24,819 nucleotides of DNA. Source: a virus (taxonomy: Duplodnaviria > Caudoviricetes). The notes under the pieces were generated by a model, which made no database searches, was not told where the DNA came from, and saw nothing but the letters and a program-made list of their open reading frames with translations. Each line of letters opens with the position of its first letter. The first letter of the stretch is position 1. Positions 1 to 7,699 of the stretch are shown here, piece by piece. The translations under genes were made by a program, and so were the position numbers. Location: IMG/VR virus record IMGVR_UViG_3300016474_000121, positions 1 through 24,819 of that record, one strand, 5' to 3'.

Positions 1-1247
1 TCTACATCTCGGAATTCTCCAGGGGCAATCGGCGTATCATCACCTTTAATCCGAAGGCCACGCGATTTAAGTCCGCCAGGGAGGTTAGATAGAGTTCCCG
101 CGTCCACCAGTTGACGGATAAGCATGGTTGCGGACTTGGCATATCCACCGATGAGGTGGATGAGTCCGTAGCCGTAGAAGCCGAATCCTGGGATGTACTG
201 GTAGTGGACGAAGTGTTGTCGCTTGAGGTGGAGTTTGTCGCCTTCATACCAGTTCCTTCTGATGGCTAAAACTTTACCTGTTCCCTTTTCGACTGTCACG
301 ACATAGGGCAGCGCGATACCGGTGTTTTCACCTTTCTTGTTTTTGTCCTCAAAGCCTTTGAGGTCCAGGTCCACGTTCATCTCAAGGATGCGATAGCGCT
401 CATCCTGGATGGCGGACATGCCTTGCTCTTCGGCCTTTTGCTTCTCGATGTCGTCGAGCTCACCGGTGGGGTCACCGAGATCGACGTCGAGGTAGAAGCC
501 AGCCTCTTGGAGCTTGTACAGCTCATTCTGCGTCTTGCGCATGACGTGGGTCACACGCTCTGCGCGCTCGATGCTGGATGCGCCGTAGGGGACGACGATG
601 TCTTCTGCGGGGATGAAGACGGAAACTTGGCGGCCCAGGCTCGGGTCGAAGTAAACCTTCTTGAAGGCGGAGCCGGTGATCGGCAAGCTCCATAGCATCT
701 TCTCATGCTCGGGGCGATACTCCGTCATCACCTCGGTCAACTGATAGTTCATGTCGGCCTGGACGCGGGCGGCGGAATCTTTCTTCGCCGGCGTCTCTTT
801 GCCGATGATCACTGTCTTGACGGGGCCTGCTGCCGGGAAAGTTTCTGTGATGCCTTCTGCCTGGAAGCGAACCACGCTCTCGGTGAGCATGGGGTGGAAG
901 ACGCCACAGGCACCCTGCCAGGGTTCTGTGCGGTCTTCGTACTTCAGGCCGAGGAGTTTCAAACCTTCGATGTAGGTCTGCACCCATTCTTTGCGGTCGC
1001 GCAGGTCCTTCTCGAAGTCTGCGACGAGTTCAGAGCCGAGGGAGTCCAGGTCCTGGTCGCTCATGTACTCGGCAAGGTTGGCGTCAAACTCTTCCGGGCC
1101 TTTTTCTGGTGCCGGCTCCAGGTCAATCTCCATCCCATCCATGGAGATGGAAACGGAGTCGGGGTTCTCGATCTCAATCTCAATCGGGGGTTCGTTTAAA
1201 CCCTCCAGTCCTTGAGGGGCCTGATACAAACCTTTGTCGATTGCCAT
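1..1247 (-). CDS. Phage portal protein, P22-like family (3' end runs off the window)
   Basis: Missing from the ORF track; translated by hand from ATG at 1247: MAIDKGLYQAPQGLEGLNEPP...EWVQTYIEGLKLLGLKYEDRTEPWQGACGVFHPMLTESVVRFQAE...GSAFKKVYFDP...VLAIRRNWYE...FVHYQYIPGFGFYGYGLIHLIGG...LVDAGTLSNLPGG. Open to the window edge and directly downstream of terL. Confidence 0.9.
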   Translation of the reverse strand, partial: MAIDKGLYQAPQGLEGLNEPPIEIEIENPDSVSISMDGMEIDLEPAPEKGPEEFDANLAEYMSDQDLDSLGSELVADFEKDLRDRKEWVQTYIEGLKLLGLKYEDRTEPWQGACGVFHPMLTESVVRFQAEGITETFPAAGPVKTVIIGKETPAKKDSAARVQADMNYQLTEVMTEYRPEHEKMLWSLPITGSAFKKVYFDPSLGRQVSVFIPAEDIVVPYGASSIERAERVTHVMRKTQNELYKLQEAGFYLDVDLGDPTGELDDIEKQKAEEQGMSAIQDERYRILEMNVDLDLKGFEDKNKKGENTGIALPYVVTVEKGTGKVLAIRRNWYEGDKLHLKRQHFVHYQYIPGFGFYGYGLIHLIGGYAKSATMLIRQLVDAGTLSNLPGGLKSRGLRIKGDDTPIAPGEFRDV

Positions 1248-1249
1248 GA

Positions 1250-1414
1250 TTAATCCTTCAAAAATTCTTCGGTGTAGAGACCGTGGCACCCATCCACCAC
1301 CTCTGCGCCAGTGCAGTCAATGATGATCTTTGAATGGGGGTTCTTATTTGCGTTGAGCCACTCGATCAATGGCTTCGCCAGCTTCTCAAACGTCTCGATT
1401 TCCTGCTGTGACAT
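1250..1414 (-). CDS. Small conserved-looking phage protein (54 aa)
   Basis: Hand translation MSQQEIETFEKLAKPLIEWLNANKNPHSKIIIDCTGAEVVDGCHGLYTEEFLKD; it fills the terL-portal gap exactly. Confidence 0.7.
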   Translation of the reverse strand: MSQQEIETFEKLAKPLIEWLNANKNPHSKIIIDCTGAEVVDGCHGLYTEEFLKD

Positions 1415-1423
1415 GATGTGCCC

Positions 1424-2932
1424 TCACACGGTGTAGAAGCGGTCGCGGCGACCACGGAAGTAAATCGGTTCATCTGGCTCATCCGAGTCGATCGGGATGA
1501 AACCGCCCTGGCGGAACCTCAGGAGAGCCTGCGATGTCGAGTCCACCAAGTCATCGTGGTCGCCGTTGGGGAATGCGGCCAAGTCTTCCATCAGCTCATC
1601 TGCCCAACGGGTCTCTGGACACCACACCACTCCTGAAGCAAACAGGTCAGAAATCGCGTTTACACGGGCGATCTTATCCTGTCCTTTGCCTGGTGTGTAC
1701 TCCGAAAGAGGGATACCGGTTTGGCGCAATTCGTAGATCAAAGGCGCGCCGGCGGCCTTCTTTTCCACGATCAGCGTGTCGGGGTTCCAGTACTTGTACA
1801 TTTCAACCGCCTTTGATTTGAGCTCGGGGAACTCAAGACGTTCTTTATATGCGTCCAGGAGGATGATGTTGCTCTTGTAATTGCCCTTGTCATCGGGATG
1901 TTTAAACACACCCCATGTAGTACACGCAGAGTAGTCTGCGCGGTTGTGTTTTTCAAAGGCGGTATCCCAGGATTGGATGATGTACTCGCACGGGGGCGGG
2001 GTTTCTTCGGGCCAAATGCGCCATTGCTCGCGTTTGACGATGGCCCCTTCCTCGGAGGTGGGGTTTTGCTGGTACTGGGCGTTCCACTTAGAGACGGGAA
2101 TCTCGGCCTTGATGGCTTCGAGCTCCTCTTTCTTCCAAAAACCGGGCCAAAGAGGGGTTCCCGAGGGCAAAATAGCAGGAAATTCTATTACTTCCCACTC
2201 ATCTGTACCATCTTTTTCGCTATTTTTGAGGATTTGGCCGGTCAGATCGCGTTTTGACCAGCGTGTCATCACGATGATGATGGCTCCGCCTGGTTGGAGA
2301 CGCTGGCGGGGGCCGGATGTGTACCATTCATAGACCCCATCGTAGACGGCGGGGTTGTTTTGCTTGGCTTCCTGCTCTGAATGGGGGTCGTCGATGATGA
2401 GAAGGTCGGCACCTTTACCGGTAACAGCGCCGCCGACGCCGATAGCGAAGTAATCGCCGCCTTTTGAGGTATTCCAACGGCCGGCCGCCTTCGAATCGGA
2501 GGACAGCTCGGTCTGAAAGACCTTCTGATAGGGGGCGGAGGAGACCAAATTCCTCACCTTACGGCCGAAACCGACGGCCAGTTCGGCGGTGTGGGCGGTC
2601 TGGATGATCTTTTTCTCCGGGAACATGCCCAAAAACCAAGCCGGCAAGAGGTAGGAGGCAAACTCCGACTTGGTGTGGCGAGGCGGCATGTTGATGATCA
2701 AGCGCTTGAGCTCGCCCTTTGCCACCCGCTCAAAGGCATCAGCCATGATCTGATGATGCTTGCCCGAAATAAACGAGGGCCACATCTGCGAGGCAAAGAA
2801 GATGAACGACTCCCGGCACCTCTCCTCACGATCAAGCTCCAGCAGGCGCTGGATTTTTCTGCGCTGATCGAGTCCCACAATAGGGATCATCTCCTCATAC
2901 GCATCTATCTCCTGCTTGGTCAGCAAGGTCAT
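1424..2932 (-). CDS. terL: Terminase large subunit (Terminase_6-like ATPase plus RNase H-like nuclease)
   Basis: MPPRHTKSE Walker A region, LLIIDDPH Walker B, IIVMTRW coupling motif, YQQNP, nuclease acidic motifs SWDTA, DYSAC and HDDLVDS. Confidence 0.97.
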   Translation of the reverse strand: MTLLTKQEIDAYEEMIPIVGLDQRRKIQRLLELDREERCRESFIFFASQMWPSFISGKHHQIMADAFERVAKGELKRLIINMPPRHTKSEFASYLLPAWFLGMFPEKKIIQTAHTAELAVGFGRKVRNLVSSAPYQKVFQTELSSDSKAAGRWNTSKGGDYFAIGVGGAVTGKGADLLIIDDPHSEQEAKQNNPAVYDGVYEWYTSGPRQRLQPGGAIIIVMTRWSKRDLTGQILKNSEKDGTDEWEVIEFPAILPSGTPLWPGFWKKEELEAIKAEIPVSKWNAQYQQNPTSEEGAIVKREQWRIWPEETPPPCEYIIQSWDTAFEKHNRADYSACTTWGVFKHPDDKGNYKSNIILLDAYKERLEFPELKSKAVEMYKYWNPDTLIVEKKAAGAPLIYELRQTGIPLSEYTPGKGQDKIARVNAISDLFASGVVWCPETRWADELMEDLAAFPNGDHDDLVDSTSQALLRFRQGGFIPIDSDEPDEPIYFRGRRDRFYTV

Positions 2933-3162
2933 AGAGCAGCCATCTCCTTGGCACTGCGGTCGGTCAGCTTGATCGAGTTGAACTTGTACGGCCGGATCGT
3001 CAAATGACCCTCATCCTGCAACTTATGCACAATCCGATGAATGTTAGCTTTCGACTTCATGTTCATCGCCAAAGCGATCGTCTGATAAGAAGGCGAAATC
3101 CCATGCATCTTGATGTACGCACGGATGAAATCAAGCACGAGCTGGTGTTTTCCACTCATCAT
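2929..3162 (-). CDS. Stand-alone LexA-type winged-HTH DNA-binding protein (no peptidase domain)
   Basis: KHQLVLDFIRAYIKMHGISPSYQTIALAMNMKSKANIHRIVHKLQDEGHL matches the LexA N-terminal domain pattern. GGAG precedes ATGATG at 3162/3159; the stop overlaps the terL start. Confidence 0.8.
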   Translation of the reverse strand: MMSGKHQLVLDFIRAYIKMHGISPSYQTIALAMNMKSKANIHRIVHKLQDEGHLTIRPYKFNSIKLTDRSAKEMAAL

Positions 3163-3322
3163 CCATCTCCGCCTGCGTAATGCAGTGATAAGCAATACGG
3201 CACTCAGTAATACACCTCAAAGCAGCTTCCTGCGCCGCTTCGTACTTCCGAGCCAACATGGCCTCATGCAACTCCTTCAGAGCCTTCTCAGCCATCATCG
3301 TGGGGTATGCGTAATCAATCAT
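3131..3322 (-). CDS. Hypothetical protein (63 aa)
   Basis: MIDYAYPTMMAEKALKELHEAML...; GAGG upstream; first gene after the promoter at 3343-3371. Confidence 0.7.
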   Translation of the reverse strand: MIDYAYPTMMAEKALKELHEAMLARKYEAAQEAALRCITECRIAYHCITQAEMDDEWKTPARA

Positions 3323-3342
3323 GGTTTAAACCTCATGGCCAG

Positions 3343-3371
3343 AGTTTAAACAAGATAGCGAACGTTTGCAA
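3343..3371 (-). promoter_or_regulatory. sigma70-type promoter for the LexA-like/terL/portal transcript
   Basis: Minus strand TTGCAA-17 bp (acgttcgctatcttgtt)-TAAACT. The -10 overlaps a GTTTAAAC site. Confidence 0.55.
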
Positions 3372-3455
3372 GTCTTTACTATTGCACTCCACACGACTTG
3401 CACCGCGTCGGCGTGGCCTCCGCGTTTGCAAGCTCTTGCTATTGCACTCCACACG
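3363..3455. repeat. 33-bp direct repeat, 2 copies, period 60
   Basis: 3363-3395 cgtttgcaagtctttactattgcactccacacg vs 3423-3455 cgtttgcaagctcttgctattgcactccacacg (4 mismatches). Confidence 0.9.
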
Positions 3456-3509
3456 GCCACCTTTTTTCCAAAATATATACCCCCCGGGAGGGTCGATTTT
3501 GAAAAGCAA

Positions 3510-3646
3510 GGGGGTGGGTCTGCATGGGGCGGGAGGATGAGAACGTTCGTGGATTGAAAAGGGAGGGGTATTGTGTGAGTGGATTACAGCGTAGGGCATG
3601 GAGGGGGAGGTAAGTGGCCCTAGTCGGGGGTGGGGGTACGGTGGGG
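3510..3646 (+). other. G-run-rich non-coding tract with a canonical G-quadruplex motif
   Basis: GGGGG-T-GGG-TCTGCAT-GGGG-C-GGG at 3510-3533; further G runs at 3603-3607, 3626-3630, 3632-3636 and 3643-3646. Confidence 0.6.
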
Positions 3647-3725
3647 CACGCATACCGCTCCCCTCGAAGGCTCTACCCCCATCGCCGTTTAAACTGCATC
3701 ACGCACACTAGGCATTGCATCACGC

Positions 3726-4427
3726 TCACTGCTCACGCACTGCTGGCACTGGCTCACTGATGACCGTAGAGGAAGGCACATCGATGATCTGCGCCTTGGT
3801 GATGCGCTTTGTGTTGCCCACCAGCTTCAGGTGGCGTGCGAGTTCCTGCTTCAACTGCTCGGCCGTAAGTGATTCCTCCTCCTCTTGCGGTGCCTGTTTG
3901 AACATTCCTACGCTCTTTCCCATCAGTTCTAGTGCCTTGAGTTTGCTGCCCTCTTGTTTGGCTTCTTTGCTCAGATCAAGCAAGCTCTTGATGACATACC
4001 GTTTCACTGCCACTGCATCTTCCGTGAGCGCTTCCACGGTCTGTCCCCAGTGCTCTTGGAGCATCCTCTGGATGCGTATGTCTTGGCTCAGCTTCCATGC
4101 GTTTGCTTTGATCGTCCTCTCGTTTGCCTTGGCGTTTGGGTATGCTTCTCTGTAGGCTTCTACCTGTGTTTTTCCCTCTATGAGGCCCTTTGCGAATTCC
4201 ATCATGCTTGATGTCATTGGCTTCTGTTTCGGGGTTCCTTGTATCTCTCCGTCTTTTCTTCTCTTTGGGGGGACTGCGTCTCTTACCAGCCGTTCCGCTT
4301 CGCTGAGTTCGGGCGCTTCATCACCCCCGTTTAAACCCACTCCGTCCGTCATCTCCTCAAGCCGCCGCAGTAGCTCATCTTTGTTCGCTCTGCCCTTACC
4401 CTGCAACTGATCGTCAAACACACCCAT
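3726..4427 (-). CDS. terS: Terminase small subunit (Terminase_2-like)
   Basis: FAKGLIEGKTQVEAYREAY...IKANAWKLSQDIRIQRML HTH-like region and SKLKALELMGKSVGMF C-terminal motif; upstream of terL; GGGGA RBS. Confidence 0.85.
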   Translation of the reverse strand: MGVFDDQLQGKGRANKDELLRRLEEMTDGVGLNGGDEAPELSEAERLVRDAVPPKRRKDGEIQGTPKQKPMTSSMMEFAKGLIEGKTQVEAYREAYPNAKANERTIKANAWKLSQDIRIQRMLQEHWGQTVEALTEDAVAVKRYVIKSLLDLSKEAKQEGSKLKALELMGKSVGMFKQAPQEEEESLTAEQLKQELARHLKLVGNTKRITKAQIIDVPSSTVISEPVPAVREQ

Positions 4428-4499
4428 CTCATTTCCCCTTCACTGTTTAAACCTGCTTCACCGTTCGCACCCCGTCAATGTATCTGAATACCATCTGAC

Positions 4500-4725
4500 T
4501 TGTCCACACCCTGTGCAAAACTCACCCTTTATCCACACCCTGTGCATAAGTTCTGTAAGTTTGCCGTCAGAAAAGCCCATCTGGCACCTACCCCTCACCC
4601 TCCTCCCGTTCGCCGCTTTAAACGCAGTGTGCAATCACAAAGTATTCATTTATTTATCCACACTGTCCACACCATCCTGTGGATAACGTACGCTCTCCAC
4701 AGGAAACTGTGCGTTCTGTGGATAA
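4500..4725. promoter_or_regulatory. Cluster of DnaA boxes (oriC-like or DnaA-titrating locus)
   Basis: TTATCCACA at 4529 and 4654; TGTGGATAA at 4678 and 4717; TGTGCATAA at 4541; degenerate boxes at 4500, 4512, 4663 and 4693. Confidence 0.8.
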
Positions 4726-4907
4726 GTTTCTTAGAACTTTCTCATTGCAGACATGCCTGCCAGCCGTGATCTTTTCCTGGCCATACCTACCCAGCCTGAA
4801 CCCCCTTTAGCGTCTCCCAGGCCCCTCACCTTGGCCTGTTCATCCCTCTAATAAGAGGCCGAACCAGACCGTCCAGGCACCCAATAACCCCACGCATTGG
4901 TCAACAT

Positions 4908-4936
4908 TTGACAGGCTGATTTAAACCCTATACAGT
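4908..4936 (+). promoter_or_regulatory. Strong sigma70-type early promoter
   Basis: TTGACA-17 bp (ggctgatttaaacccta)-TACAGT at the head of the + strand operon. Confidence 0.8.
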
Positions 4937-4942
4937 CCAACC

Positions 4943-5225
4943 CATGCCATATCACTTTCAGTCGTTTGACTGATAGCGATAGCGAGGCAAAGGCGATCGA
5001 GTCTGGTGCTACCCCCGTAAGTGGTAGACCCTGCTGGTGGAGTCCAGTCGTGAACGGCACACGTTACTGTCGGTCTGAGGCGGTCCCGGTGGCAACACCC
5101 TTCCAGCAATGGATGCAAGTCAGGCAAGGGAAACGCCTTGCACCCCGTCACGGGTAGAAGTGAACCCGAAAACATCGGGTCAAGCATCCATCCAAGGGTG
5201 CTTGCCCAGGTGCTTTTGCCTGATC
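4943..5225 (+). ncRNA. Candidate structured leader or ncRNA (unassigned)
   Basis: Serial hairpins between the promoter and the first RBS, e.g. GGTG-GCAA-CACC (5088-5099), TCCA-GCAA-TGGA (5102-5113), ACCCGA/TCGGGT (5164-5180), CAAGCATCC/GGGTGCTTG (5181-5204). Confidence 0.5.
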
Positions 5226-5239
5226 CTCTGGAGCAATCC

Positions 5240-5548
5240 ATGCCTTACATCACAGTCCTGAACCCCGAGCAAGTCCTGACCAACATCAAGAAGCGCCTGC
5301 AACAGGCGAACCGTGAATTCTCCAAGTACCCCAACGCCACCAACTGGAACGTGCAGCAACGCCTTGCCTTCACCTACCAGCAGGCCTTCTACTTCCTGAA
5401 TTCATCGAGCCGCAGTCTTGATCAGAAGTTTGCATTCCTGACCGCCCTGTCCCGCGAGCCCAACGGCAACTGGGGCGATGTGGTCTGCCAGCACTGCCTG
5501 GGAATGACCCTGCAAAAAGCCCTCAACGAGTACGCCGTCAACCCCTGA
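5240..5548 (+). CDS. Hypothetical early protein (102 aa)
   Basis: GGAG RBS then ATG at 5240 (MPYITVLNPEQ...); GC3-rich codon usage. Confidence 0.8.
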   Translation: MPYITVLNPEQVLTNIKKRLQQANREFSKYPNATNWNVQQRLAFTYQQAFYFLNSSSRSLDQKFAFLTALSREPNGNWGDVVCQHCLGMTLQKALNEYAVNP

Positions 5549-5559
5549 AAGGAACCGCC

Positions 5560-5820
5560 ATGAAAATCACCGTCTACACCGATCCCGGCCACGGTTGGGC
5601 TGCCGTCAAGCGCGACCTGCTGGTCAAGTTCGGCATCGCCGACAAGGTGTCCACCTACTCCTACCAGCGTGGCAAGACTGTCTACCTTGAGGAAGACTGC
5701 GACCTGTCCCTGCTGATCGGGGCCCTCAAGGCCCGCAACATCACCCCTCAGTGGGACGAGCGCCACACCGACCGCCGCAGCCCGATTCGGTCCTATGACC
5801 ACTACCGGGTGGCCCAGTGA
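5560..5820 (+). CDS. Conserved phage protein with DPGHGW...YLEEDCD motifs
   Basis: AAGGA RBS; the motif pair is recognisable from phage hypothetical proteins. Confidence 0.8.
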   Translation: MKITVYTDPGHGWAAVKRDLLVKFGIADKVSTYSYQRGKTVYLEEDCDLSLLIGALKARNITPQWDERHTDRRSPIRSYDHYRVAQ

Positions 5821-5902
5821 CTTGGCCCTTCCCGCCACCTACCGGCCCAGTGCCGTGGACGCCCGCCCAGCAGCGGGCATACCGCAAACAACAACAACCC
5901 CA

Positions 5903-5922
5903 GGGGCCTGACGCCCCCTTTA
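5903..5922 (+). terminator. Short hairpin, possible weak terminator or processing site
   Basis: GGGGC-CTGAC-GCCCC followed by CTTTA. Confidence 0.3.
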
Positions 5923-5934
5923 TCGGAGAGAGCC

Positions 5935-6573
5935 ATGCAGACCATCGCAACCATCGCCGCATCTGACCGCGCGTCCTACGCGGCAGCCGCTGAGCCCAGC
6001 CCCCGTGTGCTGGCGTGGGTCAGCCAGAACCAAGCAGCCTACGAATGGATCGTGAACCATGCCGACACAAACACCTTTGCCGGCTCCCTCCACGCATCCC
6101 TTCACAAGTGGGGCAGACTGACCGAGCGCCAACTGACCGCAGTCCTGGGTGCCATTGCCCGCGCCAACATCGCCGCCAACAAGGCTGAGAATGCGCCCGC
6201 ACTGTCGGTCGACCCCATCGAAGCCGCTTTCGACAAGGCTAAGGCAGCAGGCCTTGCCCGCCCCAAGCTGCGCCTTGGTGAGTTTGTCTTCAGCCCTGCG
6301 CCCGCCACCGGCAAGAACCCCGGCGCGATCTACGTCAAGCACAGTGACGGCACCTACCTTGGCAAGGTTGCCGGCGGTCGCCTGTTCACCGGCTATCAGG
6401 TCTCGCCCGAGGTCGAGAGAGACATTGTCTCCGTGGCAGCAGACCCCCACAACGCAGCCATTGCCTACGGCAAGCGCTACGGCAAATGCTCAGTGTGCGG
6501 TCGCGCACTGACTGACGCCGATTCAATTAATCGCGGCATCGGACCCGTCTGTGCCGCCAACTACGGGTGGTGA
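5935..6573 (+). CDS. DUF6011-like zinc-ribbon domain protein
   Basis: C-terminal YGKRYGKCSVCGRALTDADSINRGIGPVCA; GGAGAGAG RBS. Confidence 0.8.
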   Translation: MQTIATIAASDRASYAAAAEPSPRVLAWVSQNQAAYEWIVNHADTNTFAGSLHASLHKWGRLTERQLTAVLGAIARANIAANKAENAPALSVDPIEAAFDKAKAAGLARPKLRLGEFVFSPAPATGKNPGAIYVKHSDGTYLGKVAGGRLFTGYQVSPEVERDIVSVAADPHNAAIAYGKRYGKCSVCGRALTDADSINRGIGPVCAANYGW

Positions 6574-6575
6574 TC

Positions 6576-6977
6576 ATGGGAAATCGCGCAGTAATCACAT
6601 TCTCAGCCGCATCGTCGGCACCCTGCATCTACCTGCACTGGGACGGCGGCCGTTGCAGTGTCCAAGCCATGCTCGACGCAGCGCGCCACCTGAACATGGA
6701 CGCCCCGCTGCAAGGCATGGGAGACCCCATGCGCTTCGACGCCCAGGCTAAGGTGCTCGACGCCATCGCCGACATGGTCAAGCGCTGGGGAGGATCAGCC
6801 TACCGCGAGACCTACGGCAGCGCCGACACAGACAACCAAGACAACGGGGTCTACTACATCGACGAAGAACTGCAAATCGTCAAGCGCCTGTTTAAACGGC
6901 ATGACGAAGAGATCGACGAAGCGAAGCAGCAGCGCGTTTACCAGGGCCTGATCGAGGCCATGACGAGCGACGACTGA
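6576..6977 (+). CDS. Conserved phage hypothetical protein (MGNRA...IYLHWDGG...DNGVY)
   Basis: Start immediately after the previous stop; motif pattern typical of phage early proteins. Confidence 0.8.
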   Translation: MGNRAVITFSAASSAPCIYLHWDGGRCSVQAMLDAARHLNMDAPLQGMGDPMRFDAQAKVLDAIADMVKRWGGSAYRETYGSADTDNQDNGVYYIDEELQIVKRLFKRHDEEIDEAKQQRVYQGLIEAMTSDD

Positions 6978-7085
6978 TGACCGTAGAAGAGACCCTCCAC
7001 CAATAACCCCACGCCCTGATCGGGTAAATATCATCAACCATTTGCCCGTGATATTATCTGGGCTCCCTGTTTAAAGGTGCATGAC

Positions 7086-7670
7086 ATGACTGCTCATTAC
7101 TCAACCCGCGAAGAATGGCTGACAGCCGGCATCGAAGAGGTGCGCTCCCTGTTCGACCTCTCCGGCAAGTCGCTGCCAAAGCAAATCCGTGTGTCTTGCG
7201 GATTCCCCTCAACCGCCCTGCGCTCTGGCGCTATCGGCGAGTGCTGGATCAATTCGGCATCCGCTGACGGCACCTTCGAGATTCTCATTCACCCCAAGCT
7301 GGCCGACCCGGTCAAGGTGTTCGAGGTCTTGATCCATGAGTTGTGCCATGCGACCGCCGGCGCGTTCAACCACGGGGTCAACTTCCAGAAGATCGCCAAG
7401 GCAATGCACCTGCAAGCCATCGGCAGCGGCCGTGAGCCATGGAAATCCACCGAGGGCAGCGCCGACTTCGTGCCGACATACGCCGACATAATCGCCAGCC
7501 TGGGTGACTACCCCCACGCAGAACTGAAGTCCGACCGCCGGATCAAGAAGCAAACCACCCGCCTGCTCAAGGCGACCTGCCCATCGTGCGGCTACACCGT
7601 GCGACTGACCCAGAAGTGGGCCGACCAAGGCCTGCCGACCTGCCCCTGCGGCGATGACCTCGCCATCTGA
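7086..7670 (+). CDS. SprT-like zinc metalloprotease with C-terminal zinc ribbon
   Basis: VLIHELCHA (HExxH), NHGVNF, CPSCG...CPCG. Confidence 0.85.
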   Translation: MTAHYSTREEWLTAGIEEVRSLFDLSGKSLPKQIRVSCGFPSTALRSGAIGECWINSASADGTFEILIHPKLADPVKVFEVLIHELCHATAGAFNHGVNFQKIAKAMHLQAIGSGREPWKSTEGSADFVPTYADIIASLGDYPHAELKSDRRIKKQTTRLLKATCPSCGYTVRLTQKWADQGLPTCPCGDDLAI

Positions 7671-7699
7671 TTCCAACCACAACCACGAAGAGAGAAACC

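Noticed and set aside
3333-3653. 106-aa ORF across the terS-terL gap
   Set aside because: Pro-rich low-complexity translation explained by the G runs and the 33-bp repeat; no RBS.
3696-3760. Short degenerate repeats (GCATCACGC x2, GCTCAC/GCACTG)
   Set aside because: Too short and irregular to support a function; partly within the terS C-terminal codons.
4449-4478. TTGACG on the minus strand as a terS promoter
   Set aside because: No acceptable -10 hexamer at 16-18 bp spacing.
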